Notes: generated from the letters alone by a model not told the origin. Positions 1 through 10,490 are shown, numbered from the stretch's first letter. The stretch is 64,000 nt of DNA from Basidiobolus meristosporus CBS 931.73 (GCA_002104905.1 MCFE01000044.1:1-64000); one strand, 5' to 3'. Numbers and translations: made by a program.

Positions 1-158
1 GATGACCATTCTAGATCATATTTGTGGATCTGAATCACTAAACAGACGTGGTTCAAGTGGGAGCAGGCCATCCCAGCTCAGAGTTGAGCAAAAACCTTCT
101 TTTTTTGGCCATGTTATATGTGCCACAGTGCCAGGAAACAAGGATAATCCGGATCAGG

Positions 159-362
159 CGTAAATGACAAAACCTTAACTTGACCCAAAGTAGGTCACTA
201 TTTTTTACCTCATATAGCATCTATATGATGGAAGTAACTGTCCCTGAGCCTAATATGGACACACAGTGAAGTTGTCTAAATGGATTAGACTGTTGGCTGG
301 AAATAAGGAAACTCCAGATCTGCCGTAAATGACAAAACCTTAACTTGACCAAAAGTGGGTCA
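159..362. repeat. Two ~39-bp direct repeats (159-197, 324-362), each ending in TGACC-N7-GGTCA
   Basis: CGTAAATGACAAAACCTTAACTTGACC(C/A)AAAGT(A/G)GGTCA occurs twice, 165 bp apart. Confidence 0.7.
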
Positions 363-695
363 ATTTTGCTCAAATAAGAAGCATTGGATAGCCCAGAGGC
401 TATATACTATTATTACAATCTGTCAATTAGACTCAGCTTATTATTCAAGCCTGTACAACTGATCAAAGTTGATGATAAGTATTATGATCAGATCATTCAG
501 ATTTTTAGGCATATTACTAAGTAGATATGCATACTGAATTCCAAGTTACTTGTTCTATTAAGTTGAACACAAATTCATACACCTTTGGATAATATATTAG
601 TCCAGTATGCAAAACAGTTAAATCTTATACGCTTATTACAGATTGCACACTCACAATATGTATTTATTACTCATGAATATTTTGTTGAGTGGGAG

Positions 696-1045
696 TGTTG
701 TAATTATTGAATTGTCACCTAAATATTCATGCTAACTTAGTCACATAGATCTTATTCTGTGATTAGCATTCTGTCCTGACTAGATTTCTTGTCGGGATTT
801 ACTTAGAATATTTTCACCAAATTGTCAGGTACCCAGATTATTATTTTTCTCAAAGTCGTCCAAAAGACCCCAAACTTTGCACACATATTCTTGGGACCTT
901 CCTTAACAAACTCTACACGTTTGTTTTCCTCTACTTTATCAAAAGTATAAATACCATACTTTTGATCAATAAATCTACAAGTGAATAACATGTAAATCTT
1001 CTAGTTCTCCACATCACTTCCAATACTCCTCAGAATATTGCAACA
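696..1045 (+). mobile_element. Ty1/copia family A LTR (3' LTR of a decayed element)
   Basis: TGTTG...CAACA, 350 bp, preceded by PPT GAGTGGGAG (687-695); clearly homologous to LTRs at 24987, 25582 and 29653. Confidence 0.85.
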
Positions 1046-1229
1046 ATCTTACCCCTATTGCTACCCATGTGCCCACTGAACAGTGTTGAACACCAAGGAG
1101 CTATCATTTCATGTTGTCAGCTTATCTACTAATTCCCCTCAACTAAAAACTCTTGTATCAGAGCTACAGCTGTAGTGCTGGCTTCTTTGTTTCAACTGAA
1201 ATAAAGATATAACCTCTTGGTGACTGTTT

Positions 1230-1620
1230 CTACCTCCCCCCCCTAATATTTATGTGTAATGACAATACTCACAAAAAGCTTAGCATCTGTTGGGAGATCT
1301 ATTGGTTTTTATTGTGACATCTCTGCTCTTTTGTATCTCATAACTTGTCATATGCATAATATGATACCTGAGAGTACCAGTGGAGTTTCTTCTTTGCAAC
1401 AAAGATACTGCATTGGGTAATTGAGATAGTAGCTGCACTAGGTCTTGGAAGGGTGAAAACTCATTTTGTAACTGATGGCAAATTGCAGCAACATTTTAGA
1501 ACTTTTAGTCAAGCACTGAGCTGAAATGATATCTTCAACAGCTGAGGATAGCAGGTCAGAGTATTTGGCAGTATGTGCCCAATGTCATAACACTGACCCA
1601 GTTGGTAATATGATTTTCTG
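1230..1620 (-). mobile_element. Highly degenerate copia RNase H/PPT remnant
   Basis: Minus-strand fragments LSSAVEDIISA (cf. ALSTxEAEYIxA) and RYHIM (cf. RYHF), ending in purine run AGGGGGGGAGG; many stops. Confidence 0.35.
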
Positions 1621-2024
1621 AAAGTTTTGTCATCGAGATTTAAAATTTTAGATTTGGTACTTAGATAACATTTATGATTTTTAAATTAGGGCATTTAAAG
1701 GTATACTTTAATTTTAATTTGTGTAAACTTTCAGCACACTTGAATAATTATTTTTACTTTAATCCACCATTGGCTTAAACTACTTTTGTTAACTTAGTCT
1801 GATCTTGGGTTAAACTTTTCTAAACTGTTTTTGTTTTCTTTGAGCAGCCTTTAGTTAATAAAATGTTGAACATTTAATTGCCAACATGAAATGTTTGAGT
1901 TTTAAATCTGATAAAATATAACAAGCTTTTTAATTTTTCTTAGTTTTTGTAAATTGTACCTACCTTGTTTCACTGCAATAATGACTGCTCCCCCTGATCC
2001 TAAATCCTGACTACTGGTAGGCAT

Positions 2025-2244
2025 GAGATTATCACCATTGCCATTGCCATCATTTCCAGTGCCATAACCACCAGGACCATTGTCACTACCGCCATTGCCA
2101 TTGGAACCCCCACTGGGTACATCTGTGACGTTGTAAGCTCCGTCACTCCTTGCCTGCAGTCTACTATCAAAAAGACTAAGCCGTAGCGTTGATTGCTGCT
2201 AAACTAGACAGGAGGTACAAGATTTTATGGGCATAAGGTTTCAA
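2025..2244 (-). pseudogene. Truncated pseudogene paralog of the Gly/Asn repeat protein
   Basis: Aligns to 5' end of 3667-5865 (LAAINA..., RLQARS.GAY.VTDV.SGG.NGNGG); ATG changed to TTG, in-frame TAG at 2176-2178, only about one repeat left. Confidence 0.85.
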
Positions 2245-2733
2245 CCTATTGTAGAAAGAGATGTATTACCCAGCGGGTGGCTTTATTTATCCCACTGGAG
2301 CCTCTATTTGTACCCACCCGCTGCTTTTCCTTTACGGAGGTACTCCACAAGCAAACTTATTAGGGTTAGGGTTATGTCTCATTAAGCCAGTTCAGTGTGT
2401 TTACTATCCGAATCAAACCAGATGCTTACCTACCAGCCTTACCATTAACTTGAACAGGGTACAGAGTCAACGCCTTATATGTTTATCCAGCATTTGTGTA
2501 TGATATCATAAATATTGGCCTATTAAGAGTGGCATTTGCATGGTTGATTTCGTTCAACTGAACTTGAGTAATATACCGCAGGGTTTTTTATCAGTGAGAG
2601 GTTTATTACATCAAACGGCGCACCGTTGCTGGTATGTTCTCCTGTAATAATGATTGAATGACAATATAGTGTTTAGAGTTCCTGAAGATTATTGATAGGG
2701 ATTTCTAATATATGCTGATATCAACCGAGTATT

Positions 2734-3440
2734 TTATGCACTTGCTATGATATCTTCAGCGACTTTCTGTGCCAACATGTGAATATACAACACCGGGAAG
2801 TATCCAGGGAGCATCCACCACACGCAGGCCTTTAGCGCCACGAACTTTGAATTTGGCGTCAAGAACCGCCATCACGTCCCCGTCTTCTCCAACTTTGGCA
2901 GTGCAGCAAGCATGGTGTCCCCAGGAGATTTCTTTGATGTACTGCTTCAATTGCTCGTCGGTGGTTACATTTTTACCGGGCAAGTACTCAGTGAACCTAG
3001 TCCAGATCGAGCCGCTGGTGCGCTTTCGCTGCTGGCGAATCTGGCTTACGATAGCATTCAGGTCATCATCACCGCCCTGTTCGAAGTAGTGAAAGTTGAT
3101 ATATGGAGTATCGAAGGGGTCGGTAGAGCTCAGACGAACAACTCCCGCCTTGTTCTTGGTATGCGCCTTGAGAATAATTTGGGAAAGGGCATCGGGATGA
3201 TCCGCTACAAGTTGGGAATATCCCTTAAAGTAGCCCTGAAAGTGGGCAGGGAAGTTCAGGGTGAACAGATCAGGCTCGGTCAAGCTTGATTTGGACTTGT
3301 CCATGAAGGCAGATAAGACTCCATTCGAGATATAAGGGCCTGTATGGTACTTGCGATACTCCTCGTAGCATGGATCGCTGGAATTGTCCCAGAATTTGCA
3401 GTCTTTGAGAAGGCTGAACTTACGGTCCCATTTGATAATC
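2734..3440 (-). pseudogene. GMC oxidoreductase, C-terminal half only, with a frameshifting deletion
   Basis: HHACCTAKVG..VLDAKFKVRGAKGLRVVDA motif; the true C-terminus PGYFPVLYIHMLAQKVAEDII lies in another frame; no N-terminal FAD-binding domain between here and the next gene. Confidence 0.8.
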
Positions 3441-3666
3441 TGTGTGCAGAACAGGAGTGGTGGTAACCCCGCTAGTGTAATCAGCAATGTACTGGTCGAG
3501 GTTGTGGCCGATACTAAACAGCACAAAATCCTCGTACTACTAATCTGCGCAATACTTTGAATAGCAGCTCTGACTGTGACAAAGGAATTACTGGATTAGA
3601 ATCAAGTTTATTAATAGCAATTATAAATACATAATGGTAAATACTGCTGTTGCTCTGATCTATAAT

Positions 3667-5865
3667 TTACTGGCAATCATCATTACCATTGCCGTTCCCA
3701 TTACCACCATTTCCGGAACCGTAGGCACCAGCTCCGTTACCACCAGTTCCATTACCATCTCCGTTACCTCTATTACCACCATCGCCATTTCCATCGCCGT
3801 TTCCAGCCCCGTTACTACCATTACCATTACCGCCGTTGCCATTGCCATTACCACCGTTTCCAGAGTCATATGCACCAGCTCCGTTGCCGCCGTTACCATT
3901 TCCACCATTGCCGCCGTTACCGTTGCCATTACCTCCGCTTCCAGAGTCATAGGCACCAGCTCCATTGCCGCCACTTCCATCTCCGCCATTGCCATTACCT
4001 CCGTTTCCAGAGTCATAGGCACCAGCTCCGTTGCCGCCGTTACCATTTCCACCATTGCCACCGTTACCGTTGCCATTACCTCCGTTTCCAGAGTCATAGC
4101 CACCAGCTCCGTTGCCGCCGTTGCCATTTCCACCACTGCTATTGCCACCGCTTCCATCTCCGCCATTGCCGTTGCCATTTCCACCATTGCTGTTACCGCC
4201 GTTTCCAGAGTCATAGGTACCAGCTCCGTTGCCGCCGTTACCATTTCCACCATTACCGTTTCCGTCTCCATTGCCACCACTACCGGTGCCGTTACCACCG
4301 TTTCCAGAATCATAGCCACCAGCTCCGTTGCCGCCGTTACCATTTCCACCATTACCGTTACCACCGTTTCCAGAGCCATACGCACCAGCTCCATTGCCGC
4401 CGTTTCCGTCTCCATTACCGCCGTTGTCATTACCATTACCTCCGTTTCCAGAGTCATAGGTACCAGCTCCTTTACCACTGTTTCCACCTCCACCATTGCC
4501 ATTGCCGTCGTTACCATTACCACCGTTTCCAGAGTCATAGGCACCAGCTCCGTTGCCACCGTTTCCATCTCCGCCATTGCCATTGCCGTCTCCATTGCCG
4601 CTGTTACCGTTACCTCCGCTTCCAGAGTCATAGGCACCAGCTCCATTGCCACCCTTCCATCTCCGCCATTGCCGCCCCATTGCCGCCCCATTGCCGCCGT
4701 TGCCATTGCCGTTACCACCATTTCCAGAGTCATAGGCACCAGCTCCGTTGCCACCGTTTCCATCTCCGCCACTGCCGTCTCCATTGCCGCCGTTACCATT
4801 ACCATTACCTCCGCTTCCAGAGTCATAGGCACCAGCTCCATTGCCACCACTTCCATCTCCGCCATTGCCGCCCCATTGCCGCCCCATTGCCGCCCCATTG
4901 CCGCCGTTGCCATTGCCGTTACCACCATTTCCAGAGTCATAGGCACCAGCTCCGTTGCCACCGTTTCCATCTCCGCCACTGCCGTCTCCATTGCCGCCGT
5001 TACCATTACCATTACCTCCGCTTCCAGAGTCATAGCCGCCAGCTCCTTTACCACCGCTTCCATTACCGCCGTTGTCATTACCATTACCTCCGTTTCCAGA
5101 GTCATAGGCACCAGCTCCTTTACCACTGTCTCCACCTCCACCTCCGCCATTGCCATTGCCGTTGCCATCTCCATTGCCGCCGTTACCATTGCCATTACCT
5201 CCGTTTCCAGAGTCATAGGCACCAGCTCCTTTACCACCGTTTCCATCTCCGCCATTGCCATTGCCGTCTCCATTGCCGCCGTTACCGTTGCCATTACCTC
5301 CGTTTCCAGAGTCATAGGCACCAGCTCCGTTGCCACCGTTTCCATCTCCGCCATTGCCATTGCCGTCTCCATTACCATTACCTCCGTTTCCAGAGTCATA
5401 GGCACCAGCTCCTTTACCACTGTCTCCACCTCCGCCATTGCCATTGCCGTTGTCATCTCCATTGCCGCCGTTACCGTTGCCATTACCTCCGTTTCCAGAG
5501 TCATAAGCACCAGCTCCGTTACCACCGTTTCCATCTCCGCCATTGCCATTGCCGTCTCCATTACCGCCGTTACCATTACCGTTACCTCCGTTTCCAGAGT
5601 CATATGCACCAGCTCCGTTGCCGCCGTTGCCATTTCCACCATTGCCGTTGCCACCGTTACCATTACCTCCGTTTCCAGAGTCATAGCCATCAGCTCCGTT
5701 GCCGCCGTTGCCATTTCCGCCATTGCCGTTGGCACCTCCACTGAATACATCTGTGACATCGTAAGCCCCGCCACTCCTAGCCTGCAGTCTTCTGTCGAAA
5801 GCTGCGGCGTTGATTGCTGCCAAACCAGAGAGGAAGCACAAGATTCTAGGAGCGGAGAATTTCAT
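3667..5865 (-). CDS. Secreted Gly/Asn-rich tandem-repeat protein, 732 aa, intronless
   Basis: Signal peptide MKFSAPRILCFLSGLAAINAAA, basic RRLQAR pro-segment, about 23 units anchored on GAGAYDSG, TATA box upstream, paralog nearby. Confidence 0.9.
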   Translation of the reverse strand: MKFSAPRILCFLSGLAAINAAAFDRRLQARSGGAYDVTDVFSGGANGNGGNGNGGNGADGYDSGNGGNGNGGNGNGGNGNGGNGAGAYDSGNGGNGNGNGGNGDGNGNGGDGNGGNGAGAYDSGNGGNGNGNGGNGDDNGNGNGGGGDSGKGAGAYDSGNGGNGNGDGNGNGGDGNGGNGAGAYDSGNGGNGNGNGGNGDGNGNGGDGNGGKGAGAYDSGNGGNGNGNGGNGDGNGNGNGGGGGGDSGKGAGAYDSGNGGNGNDNGGNGSGGKGAGGYDSGSGGNGNGNGGNGDGSGGDGNGGNGAGAYDSGNGGNGNGNGGNGAAMGRQWGGNGGDGSGGNGAGAYDSGSGGNGNGNGGNGDGSGGDGNGGNGAGAYDSGNGGNGNGNGGNGAAMGRQWRRWKGGNGAGAYDSGSGGNGNSGNGDGNGNGGDGNGGNGAGAYDSGNGGNGNDGNGNGGGGNSGKGAGTYDSGNGGNGNDNGGNGDGNGGNGAGAYGSGNGGNGNGGNGNGGNGAGGYDSGNGGNGTGSGGNGDGNGNGGNGNGGNGAGTYDSGNGGNSNGGNGNGNGGDGSGGNSSGGNGNGGNGAGGYDSGNGGNGNGNGGNGGNGNGGNGAGAYDSGNGGNGNGGDGSGGNGAGAYDSGSGGNGNGNGGNGGNGNGGNGAGAYDSGNGGNGNGNGGNGNGSNGAGNGDGNGDGGNRGNGDGNGTGGNGAGAYGSGNGGNGNGNGNDDCQ

Positions 5866-5926
5866 TCTATTGTAAAAGGAGATATACTACTGAGTGAGAT
5901 GTCTTGATTTTACCAACTAGAGTGCC

Positions 5927-5934
5927 TATTTATA
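5927..5934 (-). promoter_or_regulatory. TATA box of the Gly/Asn protein gene
   Basis: TATAAATA about 60 nt upstream of the ATG at 5865. Confidence 0.65.
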
Positions 5935-6791
5935 CTATAGCGTGGCATTCCCCACTGCACCCCTTGGCAATTACTCCTTACCCCACACACCATCTTGGTA
6001 AGCGAGATGTCAGCCATCATATCGAACCAGTATTTCTCCTAATCTTGCCTTCCCTCCCCTTCCCCTCAATTATTCTATCTGCAAATTGGGTAAACGAAAC
6101 CTTCCTTCCCCACATTTGGCATTACGATGCGTGCCTCCCATTACAGGACGACAAACACACATTGGATATTATTCACCGCTGCACGTATAGTGCCACCTTC
6201 CTCACACTTCGGCCTACACATCTCCTAGTGATATGGAACAGTGAACTATGGCATATTGGTATTTCTTGGACAATTTCAGAAGTGGCATTGTCTCGGCCCG
6301 GATAATCGAATGGTCAGTATCCCCTGCTTATAGTGATGCCAACATGAAGAACACTATCAAAGGAATATTCAGGATGTCATACGAAATTGCCAATTAGCAA
6401 CGTCACAAGCATGCTTAGGTAACGCCAGCAGTGGTCAACTGGGCTACTTTTATGAGTAAGCCCTACCCTCCCAACCAACATGGTATACGCTAAAGTAAAA
6501 GAGACAATCCAATGCTCAACGAACAAGCAAACCACCATATCAGTCGTGTACTTGTGTAAAAGAACTGAATGAATGCATTGTATGAGCCAAGTATCACCTT
6601 TGGTTCAACCAAGTTGCTGATATATGATGTACAGAGACATTTATAAGTGACTTTGAAGTGAGCAACCTTTACCACTTTTAACTTGCATGTGTTTGAGTGA
6701 AGGTAATCAAGGTTAGACTGAAAAACATACTTGGCAACACATTATTTATTTGAAAACCAACCCTAGAGTTGGAGAAACATTGGGCTGATTC

Positions 6792-7484
6792 TTACAAGTC
6801 TTTTAAGACTGTCTGAGCCAAGGTGCAGGTAATACCGGTATTATCAGGTTCAACATAAATCTTCTTCACTACTGCATCTTCAATAAGCAACGCAAAGCGC
6901 TTCGAACGGACAGAGCCGAGAACACCTACATAATGGACGGCAAGAACAATTTAGCCTCTGTTTGGTGAGATGGGGCCCCAAATCAGCTCGTCTTACCGGT
7001 GGCATCGAAGGAAAGGTCAAGGGATTTGACGAACTCCGCCTTGGGATCAGCCAACAGCTTGACTTTGTCCCCAGTTCCAAGAGATTCGGCCCAAGCCTTC
7101 ATTACGAAGGCATCGTTGACCGACACGCAAGCGACTAGCTCGACTCCCTTCTGCTTCAACTCGGGGTAAGCAGTCAAGTACGAAGGCACGTGAGTTTTCG
7201 AACACCCAGGAGTGAAAGCACCTGGAACACCAATGAGGATGGCACGCTTGTGGCGTTTAAAGATGTCACGCGAAGAAACTTCGTGAGAAGGGGAATCTTC
7301 TTGAAGCTTGACATTGGGGATCAAGTCGCCAACCGCCACACGACTCACAGAGGTGGCATGGAAGGCGCGGGCTTGCAAAGGCTGGACAACAAGAAATCAA
7401 AGCGTTAATAAATCGGCAGGATGTTTAGGAGCAAGGATAGCTTACACCGACTTTGATAACTTGAGGTAGGAAAGTACGAAGCAT
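6792..7484 (-). CDS. PRX5: Peroxiredoxin-5 type (Redoxin family), likely mitochondrial; exons 7484-7446, 7381-6997, 6925-6792
   Basis: VPGAFTPGCSKTHVP active site; GT-AG introns 7382-7445 and 6926-6996 give an open frame ending GITCTLAQTVLKDL; N-terminus MLRTFLPQVIKVGPLQARAF resembles a presequence. Confidence 0.92.
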
Positions 7485-7785
7485 TTTGTGCGTATACAAG
7501 ATTGACTAGCAGGATTTAGTTGCATGAACAGGGTAGGACACCTTAAATAGTCGATTCTGATTCGCTTACGTTTTGGTCAATAGGGCATGATGATGATGAT
7601 GATGAGAATTTCTACCGAGGGTCTGAGCATTGTGAAAGTGACATCAAAGGCTACATTGCGATACAACAAGAAGAGTTGAGTTTGTCAGGTGATGTTGTAC
7701 GTGTTTCAAAAGCAGGGCAATGTTCGAATGGTGGATTGTAAGCAGACACAGGTAACACTTCTTGAATGAAGGGGTGAATATACTT

Positions 7786-7834
7786 GGGGTATGGGTTAGG
7801 GATAGGGTCAGGGTCAGGGTCAGGGTCAGGGTCA
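7786..7834 (+). repeat. G-tract hexamer array, (AGGGTC)5 plus degenerate units
   Basis: GGGGTATGGGTTAGGGAT(AGGGTC)5 in the PRX5/G-gamma divergent intergenic region. Confidence 0.9.
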
Positions 7835-8042
7835 AGGCAGATACTCGTTATTCATTAATCAAGTAGATAATTTCTCCCTAATAAGACCAGTGACCAGTTG
7901 CCGGCCTCCTCTTCTTGGGCGTCCACCCACCCAGTCCTATTCCCCAGTCCTATTCTACGCTTCTCTGTCGTTGTATTTGTTTTCATTCAAGTCGATCTTT
8001 CAGCGAATAAACTTCCTCCTGGTGTGATACCTTGCCGAAGTA

Positions 8043-8341
8043 ATGCCTACTAGTGGATTAAATGCAATGTCTGAGCAAAAGCTTAGAAAGATGATGGAGT
8101 ACAACCAAAGGTTGAAAGAACAGCTCGAACTTCCACGGGAACCTGTATCTCAAGCAAGTAGAATGTATGTTCCTCAATGCCTAGTCGTTGACGTTGAGTT
8201 TGACTGAATTCCCTTTCTAGGCTGATCAAGTACGTGAGTACCACCCGGGATTACCTCCTTCCTTCGGTGTGGGGAACTCCCGGGGCAAACGACCCATTCG
8301 CTAATAAAGGAGGGGGTGGCTGCGAATGTGTCCTTGCTTGA
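8043..8341 (+). CDS. Heterotrimeric G-protein gamma subunit (exons 8043-8164, 8221-8341); absent from ORF track
   Basis: Spliced product MPTSGLNAMSEQKLRKMMEYNQRLKEQLELPREPVSQASRMLIKYVSTTRDYLLPSVWGTPGANDPFANKGGGGCECVLA; GGL-like core, CaaX CVLA; intron GTATGT...TAG. Confidence 0.93.
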
Positions 8342-8609
8342 TGAGGTCCAGCCCCGCACGATGCGATGCCTCGCCATGTTACTGCTTCTGTACTAATCAT
8401 CCGCTATACTGACACTTAACCATAAACTTAATTTTGATTAAGTATCCCTAATAATATTGCATCCATTGTATCTCCTCCACCAGGGATCTAATAAACCACT
8501 GCTATCTTGAACCCCTGAAATTCGAACCATGTGATGTGCATATGACTGCTTTACGCTGGATACCCTCGAGAATAGCAGTCTACCTGGAAAGAAGCTCAAC
8601 CAACCTAGA

Positions 8610-9662
8610 ATGAGCCAAAGTTCAGTTCAAGGCCCGCGTCAATTAGTTCCATTTCCCCATTTACTACAGCTAGTTGCCCTTCACAGCGATGTCGAGACCC
8701 AGATGCATATGCTGGCTTCGGGGAATCCTCTGAACGACTGCGTGCTGCAAAACCCTCATCAGGCTTACCTTCTGCTCCTGCACATGCTGCACCAGGGGCC
8801 AAGCCCGGAATATTGGTGGAATGAGGCACTGACAAAGCTGCTTTGCTCTCGACACCTGGACCCGAATACTCCTTACTGGGATGCAGAAGGGCTGTACTCG
8901 GAAAATCAGTCCCCGCTCTTGCTGGCGGTGACGAGAGGGCACTCTCCCATCGTAATTGGAAACCTGTTGCAAAAGGGATTCAATGCCAGTCACATCCGAA
9001 AATACTATTGGATGGAGTTTTTGGAGGGCCTAGAGCGCCACATCCCATCCCTACTACAGCTGCAGGCCATCAACCATCAACAAAGTGGTCTTATGATGAG
9101 GCAGCTGGAACGATGCGTGCTTCTTTGCACAGAACAATGCGCAGATTCCTATGTAAGCCATTTCAAGAATATCCGGGAATTTTCGACTGGAATGATGCGG
9201 AGAGGAGATCGTTTTCTTCGTCACTGGGAGTTGGGAAATGTGGGGAACATGATCAGCGAGTTCAGGGGCCCATTTGCAATCTCCCACTTACTTCTGTATA
9301 GAATATACATGCAGCCAACAACTGCCACATCACAAAAGCTCTTGACAGCCTTGATAGCGTCGGATTTTCTCCACCCGCAAGTCAAAGCAGATTTACTGAA
9401 ATTCCGAAGCGAGCAGGAGCTCGAGCTGCTATTTTCAACCGGGCAGATGTCCGAGCCATCGGCGGCGGAGTTACTCCTGCACCTGATGAAAAACCGGAAT
9501 GCAATGAAAGCGCTACTTACGTACCATCCATTCAGCCATGGAAGATTGCTATGGATTCTGGGCGTGATCAACGACCCAAGAACTACAAAATGGGACTCCT
9601 ACATTGACGAAAACGACGCGACCATCATCTCCAAACACGTGCAAAGGTTATTGGATAGCTAA
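8610..9662 (+). CDS. Hypothetical 350-aa intronless protein with one ankyrin-like repeat
   Basis: Long ORF; QSPLLLAVTRGHSPIVIGNLLQKGFNA resembles the ankyrin consensus. Confidence 0.7.
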   Translation: MSQSSVQGPRQLVPFPHLLQLVALHSDVETQMHMLASGNPLNDCVLQNPHQAYLLLLHMLHQGPSPEYWWNEALTKLLCSRHLDPNTPYWDAEGLYSENQSPLLLAVTRGHSPIVIGNLLQKGFNASHIRKYYWMEFLEGLERHIPSLLQLQAINHQQSGLMMRQLERCVLLCTEQCADSYVSHFKNIREFSTGMMRRGDRFLRHWELGNVGNMISEFRGPFAISHLLLYRIYMQPTTATSQKLLTALIASDFLHPQVKADLLKFRSEQELELLFSTGQMSEPSAAELLLHLMKNRNAMKALLTYHPFSHGRLLWILGVINDPRTTKWDSYIDENDATIISKHVQRLLDS

Positions 9663-9865
9663 TCTTCGAGGTTTATTGTCAGCAATAAAGTCAATATTTC
9701 ACAGGAGTACTGCCTCGAGTACAAATTGCTGGCCATGGACTCTATTAGCCTCCATTGAGCCTACGCGGCAAGTATACCAACGGGCACTCGCTCACAGTGT
9801 GCGTTTCGAGCGATGTGAATTCTCCATTCATCTGCTCTTGCTATAGTTCACTATGCTCCATCTTA

Positions 9866-10417
9866 TCAGTACGCATTGTAATTTTGATGGGTGCGGTCGT
9901 GATTCGCGTGGCTGGCGTGGCTGGACTTTCCTCGAGCCCAGCCATTTCCTCCGTTACCGTTCCCTCCGCTTTTTTGCTTGGTGTTTCCTTTGTTTTGTGA
10001 ACCCTGTCCTGAGCCTGATGCGCTTGAGAGCTTCTCAACTTTGTCAGTGATCTTCGTTAGACGTTCGGCCAAGTCTTCATTCTTGGCGACTGCCTCGGTG
10101 ATCTGGCCACCGGTCTGCGACGTAGAGGCTTGAATCTTGTTGGCAGAGGTCTCCAGGTCATCTACATTCTGACCCAGGTTGTGGACCGCCAGATTCAAGC
10201 CAAGCTTGTCGCCTCCTACCTTCAGGTCCAGACCGCCAAGGCTCCAGTCGTCGGATAAAGGCGAGTCAGTCTTGCTGAGCACGTCATCAGTTATAGAGAT
10301 ACCAGCTTTACTGACCAAGTCATCCAAAGCACCCAGGGAGCCGTCCAAAAGAGAGCCAGATGGAAGGCCATAGGTGGATCCAATTACAGCGAGAATAGAG
10401 ACAATGGAGAGTTGCAT
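9866..10417 (-). CDS. Secreted protein copy 1 (183 aa from MQLSIV), His-rich tail
   Basis: Signal peptide MQLSIVSILAVIGSTYG-LP; TATA at 10491-10498; near-identical paralog at 11138. Confidence 0.88.
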   Translation of the reverse strand: MQLSIVSILAVIGSTYGLPSGSLLDGSLGALDDLVSKAGISITDDVLSKTDSPLSDDWSLGGLDLKVGGDKLGLNLAVHNLGQNVDDLETSANKIQASTSQTGGQITEAVAKNEDLAERLTKITDKVEKLSSASGSGQGSQNKGNTKQKSGGNGNGGNGWARGKSSHASHANHDRTHQNYNAY

Positions 10418-10490
10418 CGCGGAAAGTGGATCAGTTAGTTGGATGACTCGGTCAAACAAGGTTCGAGGTGACAATCGATGAGTTCGGCAC

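Noticed and set aside
3720-5760. CRISPR-like pattern: constant ~25-nt TTCCAGAGTCATAGGCACCAGCTCC separated by variable 40-100-nt segments
   Set aside because: The spacers are built from the same Gly/Asn codons, stay in frame inside a signal-peptide ORF, the context is eukaryotic and there are no cas genes
3634-5907. Long overlapping ORFs (757 aa +, 624 aa +, 704 aa -)
   Set aside because: Shadow frames of a GGN/AAY repeat that rarely produces stops; only the Gly/Asn frame has a signal peptide, TATA and a paralog
2734-7484. GMC oxidase + GN protein + peroxiredoxin as a dityrosine cross-linking cluster
   Set aside because: The GMC is truncated and frameshifted, and Prx5 looks mitochondrial and removes peroxide; adjacency alone is insufficient
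7786-7834. Telomere or telomere-healing site
   Set aside because: Only one TTAGGG, a short internal array with intact genes on both sides
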